Shown: piece after piece, positions 54,027 through 64,000 of the stretch | Layout of the letters: every line of letters starts with the position of its first letter | How positions within the stretch are numbered: position 1 is the stretch's first letter | Source: Gordius albopunctatus | Lineage: Eukaryota | DNA: 64,000 bases | NCBI GenBank assembly: GCA_964276515.1 | Contig: OZ193909.1 | Coordinates: forward strand, 10,354,001-10,418,000 | Direction of reading: 5' to 3' | Made by a program: the position numbers and the translations under genes | The notes under the pieces: generated by a model | What the model was told of the DNA's origin: nothing | Databases searched by the model: none | The model's input: only the letters and a program-made list of their open reading frames with translations

Positions 54027-57000
54027 ATGACTCAAGTAAAAAGTGAACTAGGGCCAATTATTCCTAAACCTGTAAAATTTTTAATCGGAGGAATGGCTGG
54101 GTAAAATCTAAGTTTGAACAATAGAAATAGTATTATAGAATGTCAGCGACTTTATTTGTTCACCCCTTGGATCTAGTTAAGAATAGAATGCAGCTTAGCG
54201 GTATTTTTTAGGCATTTTTTTAATACCGTTTTTAGGGGAAGGAGGACAAAAACGATTATATACATCAACCTTTAACGCATTTCAACATATTTTAAAGAAT
54301 GAAGGTATATTGGCCTTATATAGTGGGTATGTAAAGAATATGCAAATTATAAATAAAATTAGATTGACTGCAGGCTTATTAAGACAAGCTACCTACACCA
54401 CTGTGAGACTAGGGACTTACACCCTTTTATTTGAAAAATTTTCTAAGTAAAGCTATAAATTTTAATTATGAATGTCAATAGGGATGGAAAACCACCTAAT
54501 TTCTTAGGCAAAGCTGCCATTGGTATGGCTGCTGGGGCTTTTGGTGCTTTTTTTGGCAATCCTGCTGAAATATCTCTTATCAGAATGTGTGCAGATGGGA
54601 GATTACCCTTATCAGAACGTAGAGGATATAAAAATGTTATTGATGCATTAGTAAGAATGGCTAAAGAAGAAGGAATTCTTACCTTATGGCGGGTACCTTT
54701 GAGGAAAATTAAACTAAACTTTAATTAGGGTGTTGGCACTACTGTTTCACGTGCCATAGTTGTAAATGCTGCCCAATTAGCAACTTACTCTCAGGCCAAA
54801 CAATTATTAATTACTAATGGTATGATATTTACTTATATTTAATTAAGAACAATTTCTTTAGCCTTAATCAGTTAATAAAATTGCTTTACTAATTGTTGTA
54901 AATAAAAATTTTATTTATTAATTCAATATTTTTAATGTAAAACTCATCTTTTAGTGTTTTTCATCAAATTTTAATATTTATTGAGTTATTAGGTAAAAAC
55001 ATGTTTGGGGATAATATTCAAACTCATTTTGTTGCAAGTATGATTAGTGGATTAGCAACTACAGTAGCATCAATGCCAGTTGATATTGCAAAAACCAGGT
55101 TCTCATGGCTATATAAAATATTCTTGAATTTAGGTTATTTTAAAAATCAAGAAACTAACTATCTTTAAATTATTATAAATAATATTGGATTAAAAAAAAC
55201 AATTTAAATAAGAAAAGATCACCTAAGAGAGATAAATAAATATCTTTTTATTAAATATTCATTTATTGAACTTTTAAATTTTGTAAATATTACATTTTGT
55301 ACTCAAATTATCTGTAGTCATCTATTGTAACTAAACGGACCTAACTTTTTATTTCTTAATTAAATATCTGGAAACTTATTGATTTTTAAAATTAATGCAA
55401 TTTATCATAACGGATCGTTTTTAGGAGGTACCTGTGTTTAAATTTAATGTTAGTTTATGGACCATTCTTTGCAGATCTTTAATGAATACTCTAAAACTAT
55501 AAATAGTTTGCCCTATGGTAGCCAGTAAATAATCCTTAAAGCAAGTCTTAAAACTATTAGTCTAAATTGTTGGTTGAATATGTCAATTATTTCAAAAAAC
55601 TAGTTAATGAGTATTTTAATATTTCAGGCATGGTAAACCAAGCCTAAAACAGCTTTCAATATTAAAATTGAAACTTTAATTTATAAAACTTGGTTTAGTA
55701 CTAAATTTCTGATAAAAATTCCTGTTTTGAAATTTTTTTGTTTTTAAAATATCAATAATCTCAAAAACTAGATATTGATGATAATAAATATATATTTTTT
55801 TAAATTGAATGTGTTGATTTGGGTAAGTTTGTTTTTAAAAATTTTTCGTTTGCAACCTTTTATAAATAAAGTTATATATAATGTTTAAAATTATATTTGT
55901 TAATTTTCTATATTAAATTTAACTTTAATTTACAGCCTTTAAACACTAAAACTAAAAACTAGCCTACATTAGAGGCTTACAAAGTCACTTTATTCAACCC
56001 GACCTTGCCCGAGATTTTTGAAATTTTCAATCGGGTCTTACATTAAAGCATTTGCAAAATTTTTAACCCGGCCCGACCCGAATGCCTTTAAATTTTTTCA
56101 ACCGAATCCATCAGGGACGCGTTTCAAATTTTGAAACCGACGCGTGGTTTATGAATTTTAATATATATTTATGTGGTTTCAATTAAAAATGAGCTCCCAC
56201 TTCACACTGTGTTAAAGTTATTTCATAGTTATAATAATTTTAAGTATAAAAATTATTATCTTTATTATTATTAATAATAACTCATATTAATTTAGAATAT
56301 TTTGCAACCATTTAATAAATTTAAACTTACTTTTATCTGGGTTTATATTTATATAGGTTAAATTAATCATTACAATTTATAAACATTATTTTGTTGATAT
56401 CTTTTACCCTTCACAACACAAGCCAAATCTAATTTTGCGTCCAAATAAAATCGATCAGATTTGAATGAACAAAAGGAAGTTTTCTAATTAGTTATACATT
56501 TCAATATTAATTTAAAACATCATGCATAATAATATTAGTTTAAAAGATATGTCCCATGTATTTTGCAATGTAAGATTCATAACATTTGACCCTACTTTCC
56601 AACCCGACCCGGAGATTTAAAGTTTTAAACCCGAGGTCGGGTCAAGTTTCGGGTTACCCGTGCAGTTCTCTATTCTACATTTGTTTGTTAATTTTTTACT
56701 TAATAGTATTAATTTTAATGAATTATGTCAAATAAAAATTGTTAAGCTGAACTAAAATTGTTTACTCTTGTTTGGATAATATTAAGACTATTTAGTAATA
56801 TTGTGCACTACTTTCGCAAACATTTTTGTCTCTATATTTTTTGCTATTTTTGGTAAATTTGCGTTGTATTTGCTTATTTTTGTATTTTGTCATTTAATAA
56901 TTTTAACTATTTTTTACCTTTAGAATACAAAATATGAAAGTAATAGACGGTAAACCCGAATATAAAGGAGCGATAGTATGATATAAAACAAAAGATATTG

Positions 57001-57193
57001 ATTATAAACATTTTAGGACGTCATGAGCAAAATTGTTAAAAAGGAAGGTTTATTTAGTTTGTGGAAAGGATTTACTCCATACTACGCCCGTGTTGGTCCA
57101 CATACAATTCTTATGTTCATTTTTGTAGAACAATTCAATCACTTGTATGCAAAATATGTTTTAAAGGATAACAGAAAAGTGGCATCACTTTAA
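54027..57193 (+). CDS. SLC25A11: Mitochondrial 2-oxoglutarate/malate carrier; 9 exons, 315 aa
   Basis: Exons 54027-54100, 54139-54200, 54236-54326, 54363-54446, 54482-54692, 54729-54819, 54993-55098, 56924-56975, 57017-57193, GT-AG and in phase (948 nt). Three carrier motifs PLDLVKNRMQ, PAEISLIRM, PVDIAKTRIQ, plus RQATYTTVRLG, ADGRLP..RRGYKNV, VVNAAQLATYSQAKQ, KGFTPYYARVGPHT. Confidence 0.95.
55970..56672. mobile_element. Degenerate hAT-type MITE in intron 7 of SLC25A11
   Basis: Ends TAGAG...CTCTA with ACCCGA subterminal repeats. Flanks GCCTACAT / TTCTACAT (6/8 match). Confidence 0.6.
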
Positions 57194-57558
57194 TGATCTC
57201 TATGTATACCCCTTTCAATATTAAACCACGTTTCTATTTTATCTCTACATAATGATTGAATAATTTAACGTGCAAATTTTAAAGTGTTTTTCAAAGCTGA
57301 ACTTATATAGAAAAATTTTTTTATTGTACGAGAGTTTTACAATAATTTCAATTTTTAATGTTTGTATCGAAAGAAATTTATACGCGTTATTAAAAACACG
57401 CTAATCTACTATTATTCACGGTTAGAACTAATATAAATTTCAAGTGAGCTAAATTTACGCCCTTTTCTTTTTTGTAAAGCCCTCTTCTTCCGAATTTTTT
57501 CCTCTAGTCTACCAGTCGATGCCTGCCTTAAACCATTGAGAGTACGGTGTATTTAAAT

Positions 57559-58700
57559 CAGAGGTCAGATTTGTTTATATTTTTTTGCCCGAACCCGGCC
57601 CGGTTTGATTTTATGATTAAACTACCCGCCCGGCCCGAAGCGCAAGAGCTGCCCGAAATATTACATGTGTCTGGTAAGCCCGAATTTTTTATTTCGATCT
57701 AAAAAATTACCCGATAAAATTAGCTAAATTTTGGACAGACATTTAAGGGTAAATTTTGTTGAGCAATAAAATCATAGCATTCACTAACTTATAATGCACA
57801 GCATTTTTAAACGGGGCACCCAAGAAATTTTACCTTTAAATTCGTTTAGTTGATTAAATCAGATTTTTAAATTAGCTTTAGATTAAACTAATGTGATTTC
57901 CTCATTTTAAATAGATTTGAGAATAAGAAAAACTTAATTAAACTTAAGATAATTTAGTCTTTCAATAATGATGTGTTAATGATTTGTTTAAAAATTGAAC
58001 AATTTATAAATATAAATTACTTGAATGGAATAAATAATGGAAATTTTTGTTAGAATGAATTTGAATATAAATATTTTACACTTAAATATGTAATATTCTG
58101 TTTAAACGTGGCGCCTTGAAGACGCCGATCGTAAGATTTTAAGAGGGAAAACACTTTTCTCGTATATCATTCCTTATTTAATATTTTATAATCTCTCTCT
58201 ACTCTACTTTTTAACTCCTAATAAAATAGGATTGCGTTGCGTTAGTTAGCAATAAAAAAGGACCGAAAAGTAAATATTCAAATTCATTAAAAATGCTCTC
58301 CCATTCTGGATTTTCAGAATACTCTCAAGGCTTTAAAAAGGAAAGGGAGTGCTAAGCTTTCTCGATTAAATATAAAAAATAACAAATTTTTTAATTTACA
58401 CAAAATATAGTTTTTAATTTTATTAATAAAGCACACTAAAGATATGATTTTAAATACCATTTCTACTCAAATTATGTTAAACCCACGGGAAGGAAAAAAA
58501 TGTGCAGCTTTTCCTATTACTATAACTGTGGTTAAAGGTGAAGCTGTAACCGCAAGGCAATTCAATCTAGAAATTTGCAAAAATAATCCATTTTATATAA
58601 AAAGTCACACCCTACAATAATTATTATGCCTGAATCTTATCAAAACGTGCCCGCCCGAAAATTAAAATTTAAAACAGCGGGCCGGGCATTCTGATCTCTG
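57559..58700. mobile_element. Non-autonomous hAT element (1142 bp)
   Basis: TIRs CAGAGGTCAGA / TCTGATCTCTG. Perfect TSD ATTTAAAT at 57551-57558 and 58701-58708. Confidence 0.9.
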
Positions 58701-59522
58701 ATTTAAATATCGTTTAAATTAATATTTTGTATTTTTATTTAACGCTGATTTTACATGTAGAAAGCTTTATTTATAAAATTTTATTATTAAACAGGAATTT
58801 CTTTTTATAGGAGTCATAACAATAATAAGTCGCTACTTAATAAGTATGTTATTTGGTTTTAAGATAAAAAAGGTTTAATAAGGTTTAATTTAACGTAACG
58901 AAGGAGACTAATAGATGTAATATAGAAATAAGGTTTTAAACCATTTCGTTATGGCTAATATGAAGAGAGGGCACGATTTACGACGGGTGGTAACAGCGAA
59001 TCAAATAATATTTACTCTGATTTATATGCCATATAGTGCAATCTCTTGAATTGATATTGATGAATGACTGAATAAGATAAAAAATATAAATTAATATAGA
59101 ACATTAAAAAAACACACCTTACTTTATACTTTTATACAAAAAATCTAAATGATTTCGTAAAGGCCTTTCAGAACGCCTTACTTAATCTATGCGCTGTCCG
59201 TGCGGCCGATAAGGTATTGTTGGAGAAAATGCCATGCCCCCAAGTTGAGATTTTAGGCCAGGCCTTGCCGGTGTAAACTGGATTCCGCGAACGTTGTAAA
59301 ATAGCTAACGCCAAACATGTCAATCAAGCGTCATTTATTATTTTCATGAAAATTGTTCTTATTGAAGGATAAAACTGTCAATCATCAATAATATAATGTT
59401 ATTTTCATGCTTAATTTATGAAATGAATAATAAATTTAATATAGTAAATTTTTAATTAATTTATTATTTTCCTTAAAATTGTTGAAATAGTTCTTATTTG
59501 CTGATAAAAACGTCAATCATCA

Positions 59523-59937
59523 ATTTTTTTCCTATTCAAGTAGGTTCTCCATGTATTCCTGCATAAGTCCATATCAATTTTATACTTCCATGTCAGTTTA
59601 GGCCTCCCTCTCTTTCGCTTACCTTCTACTGGCACTTTCTTGATACGATTTGCCAAGTGACTTTCTTCCCGTCTCTCCAAATGGCCATACCATCTCAATC
59701 TTCTTACCACCAACTTTCTCTAAATCGGAACTACATTTAGTTTATCCCTTATATCTTAATTCCTTATATGGTCCTTTTTGCTTATTCCCAAGATCCATCT
59801 CAACATTCGCATCTCCATTGTAGCCAAGCTTTGCTCCTCTTTTGCCTTAATTGCCCAGGTTTTCGATCCATACATAACCGTGGGTACAATAACGGTGTTA
59901 TATAACCGTCCTTTCAATTTGAGTGGTATGTGCTTGT
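59523..59937 (-). mobile_element. 3' fragment of the same RTE family as 32667-40356
   Basis: Near-identical to ~32670-33141; encodes KHIPLKLKGRLYNTVIVP..MEMRMLRW..RLRWYGHL..RGRPKLTW. Confidence 0.9.
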
Positions 59938-60918
59938 TGCTGTAGCTCACCTTTTCCCACACTCGCTATCTCCTTGATTTTCATACACTCTTACCCATTA
60001 ATTACCTCATTAGTTCTTTTCCCTTTTAGTTAATATTCCCACACACTCTCCCACTACTTTCTCTCGTAGTTTTTAGACGTTAGGATTACATCATCCATCA
60101 TTTGAGTTTTGTACTTGTAAACAAGTTCACCTTCGTTATTCTAAGTACATTTATTATTCCCACGCTTTTCCCTATATATTACCAATTTATCGCATATATT
60201 CATTCTGTATTTTTTCCGCAATTATATTTCTTCTTACTTTTCACGAAACTATAAAATGTGGCGCGATCGAATTCCAATATACAATTCCATCAATATAGTC
60301 CTACAGAAAGCTTCGACCTATATTTGTCCCAATTTAATCATTATCCTAATGTTATCGGCTCCGATAAAAAATCCTTATTTCTTACGGTGATAGGAGTCCA
60401 AAAATACGAATTACTGACAAATCTTATTGCCCTCCAGGATCCAGCAAACCTTCCTTTTGAAGAATTATGTTAGCCCTAAAAAATTTTATTCTCCTAAATT
60501 AAACCCAATCGTGCAACGCTACAAATTTAATAAGCTGTCCCAAATGGATGATGAAACCATCGATGCATTTACAGCCGTTTCAATTCAAAAGGTAAAGTTT
60601 CAAAATAATAACTTCTCCATTTCAAATTTGTCAATTTAAATCTGCGTGTATATGTTGACGCAAAGAAGGAAGCCCATATATTTCGATGCCAATTACTACT
60701 ACACCAAATATAAGGAAGGGAAATATGGTCAAATATACTTGAAATGCCGCAATTATCGTTGCTCAGGCAGAGCAATTCTTGATGTAAACATGTATTATGT
60801 TTCAAAGGAGCATCTAAACATTCCACATATATAAGTAAATTTTTTGCATAAGTGTTTATATATATAGCAGGCCCAAGACCTAATATGTATCTTTCTGAAC
60901 CATTAGATGACATATCTA

Positions 60919-61082
60919 CATGGGCGTAGCCAGGGGGGCGGCTGCCCCCCTCTAAATCCAAAAAATTGTTGAAATTCATTAAAATTATGGCTTAAATTTC
61001 AAAAAATGTACATTTTGCCCCTCCCTAAACATCCCTGAATCATTATTGCCCGCCTCTAAATCAAAAGCTGGCTACGCCCATG
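60919..61082. mobile_element. 164-bp hAT-type MITE
   Basis: Perfect 15-bp TIR CATGGGCGTAGCCAG and perfect TSD CATATCTA. Partial relatives at ~34350-34514 and ~41770-41878. Confidence 0.93.
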
Positions 61083-61460
61083 CATATCTAATATATCAAG
61101 TAATTAAACTCTTATTTATAAATTCTTAATGTAGTTGATGGTACTAATTTGATGATGGATGTGTCCACAAATGTTAATAGTGAAAGTAATTTTAAGTGCA
61201 TTTTATGATAGTTGTTGCACCACCCAATACATTACAATATTGACTAATACTTTAATGTTGACATGATCTAACGTTATACATATTTATGGTTTATAAAGTT
61301 ATTCGTACTTAGTCCTATCATATAATACATGACGTATTTTCTATTAAAATAATATAGCATAACAAATTTTAGTTATTATTTACTTAATATAGCATGACTA
61401 ATATAATACTGTAATGTTGACATGATGTAACGTTATGCATATTTGTTGCTTATAAAGATA

Positions 61461-63555
61461 CTAGCTGACCCGGCAAACGTTGTTTTGCTATATACATTAT
61501 TTATATAAAATACTATAAATGATGTGCATGCTCATCGTTATGCCTCGATCATATAATGAGCAATTGAAATACAATTGTCCTATAGGAAATAATTCACGAA
61601 CTTTATGTAGGAAGAATTAACACGCTAAATACAAAGTATAAACACATAAAGCAAAGTACTTAAAATCAAATTTTTTATTGCATTGCTTTACACATTTTGC
61701 CTATGCAAATATACTGTCAAATAAATTAATACATGCCTAAAGAATTATTTAATTTGTAAATAGGTTTGTTTTTTCAATAAAGGTGCTAAAAACCTTTTTT
61801 TGGTCCTATTGCAAAATCACGATTCTGGCAAATGGCCGTTTTCAGACTTCAATCAAAACCCCAACCCGCCCTAAAAATATGTTTTATTTTTAAGCCTGAA
61901 TATATTTTAGCGCTTCCAGCTTTTCATCTATTGGGTAAACTCAAATTCTGCTTACATCACCTTAGAAATTTTAGATATATCATAGGCCGCCAGCCAAGCT
62001 TTATTGCAATAGAATCTCATTGTAGCCCGACTCTTTACCCTCAATTTGCCCTCCGTTAATTTTTACTATTACTTAAATTGCATAGCAAATGAATGCTCCC
62101 ATACGAATTTAGAAGAGCCTAATAAGGCCACACAAAGACAGCAAGTAGACAGGGGGTTAAGGGGCGGAGCCCCTTGAGTAAGGTTTAAAGGGGCTGCCCC
62201 AGCCGGAGTACAGGGGTGAAGCCCTTTTTTTGAATCTTCTTCTTTATCAGTTATTTGGTCCCACGGTCGTGGGGTTTATTTTGATAAGCTTCTTGCATCT
62301 TGACCTGGTGAGTGCCATATCTTGACGACTCTTTAGTTTTGATAACTTTAACGCCTTGTCCGTTCCATGTGACACGGGTACGTCCTCTTCCTCTCTTCTC
62401 CGGCACCTCCATGTCCAGTACATTTCGATTTAGGTCATTCGTGTCCCCCTTAGTATATCTTCATACCACCGTAACCGATTTTCGTTAATCATGTCCGCTA
62501 TAGGTTGAATATTCATTTTTGTCATGAGAAAGTCATTCGTCATATGGTCGAGCTTAGCTTACCCCAAGCTCCACCGTAGAATTGTCATCTCTGTGTCTTT
62601 TATAAGCTTTCCTTCCCTGGTGTTTAATGCCGATGCAATTTTTAATTCCTTAATTAATTTATTATCACAAAAAATAAGGTTTTTTTAAACTCACTTTGTT
62701 CTTCACATGTATTCTATCTTTATTTAATTATTTTAATAATCCACAGTCCAGGTTTAAAATGCTCCATAAAATGACCACTGTCTTACGTCAATTTGTATGA
62801 GTAGTTTGGCCCCAGGCGAAAAGCCATTTTTAATTTTGCGCCCAAATCGAGCTCGGAGCAACAACATTAATCTCGGTTATTTCCTAAACATGCGAATATT
62901 CCCTAACTTCTTAAGCAAATCCTTCTTTTCATTTAAAATATGCCTAGATATACAGCATTAAAAACTGATATATTATGAGGGGTTGTAAAAAAGCATTTCC
63001 CACAAACCTTACTTTGGTCAATAAGTTATCAGTGTACTTAGATAATTCATAAAAACTTAAAGAAACCGGTATAAGCATGGACGTAGCCAAGCCTTAGCCA
63101 CGCAGGAGGGGACTCGACCGTCCTATAATAATAATAATTGGCCTGAAAAATGAGCAAAAGTATGACTTTGATTTAATGTTTCAAATCGTAAAAAGTTTCC
63201 ATTTTCCGCAGCACATGCCTACATTTATCACACTACACTACCTACACGCATGACGGTCTAGAAAATACTATAAGTGATGATACACTTTTACTAAAGAACT
63301 GTATATTCAAATTTTCAAAGTAGACGATAAATACGCAGTACGTCATGAGGTTGTTTTTGATTGACATTTTATTAAATGTCAAAACATATAAAACTAAATA
63401 ACTTGACCATCTTATGACTTAGAAATTTGGAATATAGTGTAAAACCTATCCTCAGACCTACCAATCATTCGCAGAAAGTTTCATCTAAATCGGTCCAGTC
63501 GTTTCGAAGGAGTCTAAGAACAAACACCGTTTCACGAGAATTTTATAGATATAGA
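61461..63555 (-). mobile_element. Non-autonomous Helitron carrying an RTE 3' fragment (~62240-62635)
   Basis: Minus strand 5' TCTATATCTATAAAATTCTCGTG...GGACCGATTT and 3' CAAAACAACGTTTGCCGGGTCAGCTAG at an A|T site. Shares internal sequence with 50520-50680. Inner fragment encodes RLRWY..MEVPEKRGRGRTRVTW. Confidence 0.8.
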
Positions 63556-64000
63556 TTTATATTTGTACTTAGTCCTATTATATAATACATACCGTATTTT
63601 CTTTTAAAGTAATATTGCATAACAAATTTTAGGTATTATTTACTTATTATAGCAATGTAATGTAAATAAATACAAACATTTTAATATATTTAAATTTAGT
63701 ATTATTGTAGTAAGAATCACATGTTTTTTTAATGTCATGCTTGATACATGCATTAAGTTTATCTTTTGCAACTTTATCTTATGTACCGGAATCATTTACA
63801 GCAAGGTTAAATGGTGTGGAAATCCATTGCGATTTCGGATCGAACCTTGAAAGCAGCCTCCGTGATAGGTTTGTAGCTGGATTACAGAAAACAAAGATCG
63901 TTGAACGCCTTTTAGGCATCGAAAATTTGACATGGCAAATTGCGTTGGACACCTCTCGTGAAATGGAAAGGGCAGAACTACAATCACAAATATTGAATCA

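Larger units (their letters stand above)
60576..63792 (+). mobile_element. Mutator-like (MULE) element, decayed, containing nested insertions
   Basis: 9-10-bp TSD CATTTACAG(C) at 60566 and 63793. Degenerate ~35-bp TIRs (..AAAGGTAAAGTTTCAAAA vs rc ..TAAGATAAAGTTGCAAAA). FLYWCH/WRKY-like finger YLKCRNYRCSGRA..H..H at 60646-60834. Confidence 0.75.
59938..64000 (+). mobile_element. Gypsy-type LTR retrotransposon 5' part (putative LTR and gag), split by a MULE; continues beyond the window
   Basis: Gag-like KSLFLTVIG..YELLTNL..P..LPFEEL / FYSPK..IVQRYKFNKLSQMDDETIDAF resumes in frame at 63793 as FTARL..HCDFGSNLESSLRDRFVAGL. LTR limits (~59938-60255) are uncertain. Confidence 0.75.

Overview
This is AT-rich eukaryotic (animal-like) DNA at a satellite-to-gene transition, not a prokaryotic window. 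Bases 1-25840 are a tandem satellite of about 75 monomers (331-345 bp), organised in successive higher-order repeat (HOR) layers: dimer-like, 9-mer (3100 bp), 7/8-mer, 5-mer (1690 bp), 3-mer (1108 bp), then a decaying edge. From 25.8 to 41.1 kb lies a transposon graveyard: a BEL/Pao fragment and two RTE-clade LINEs interrupted by hAT elements and MITEs, inserted into highly diverged relic monomers of the same satellite. Two intact spliced housekeeping genes follow: DNAJB11/ERdj3 (minus, 10 exons, 358 aa) and the mitochondrial 2-oxoglutarate/malate carrier SLC25A11 (plus, 9 exons, 315 aa), many of whose introns are only 35-44 bp. The rest holds Helitrons, Gypsy relics and a Gypsy>MULE>Helitron>LINE nest. 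The most unusual observations are a tRNA-like (Pol III box) head at the 5' end of an RTE LINE inside a 16-bp target-site duplication (TSD), the relic satellite layer, and an RTE ORF restored in frame by removing one hAT insertion. All calls come from manual reading; no database searches were run.
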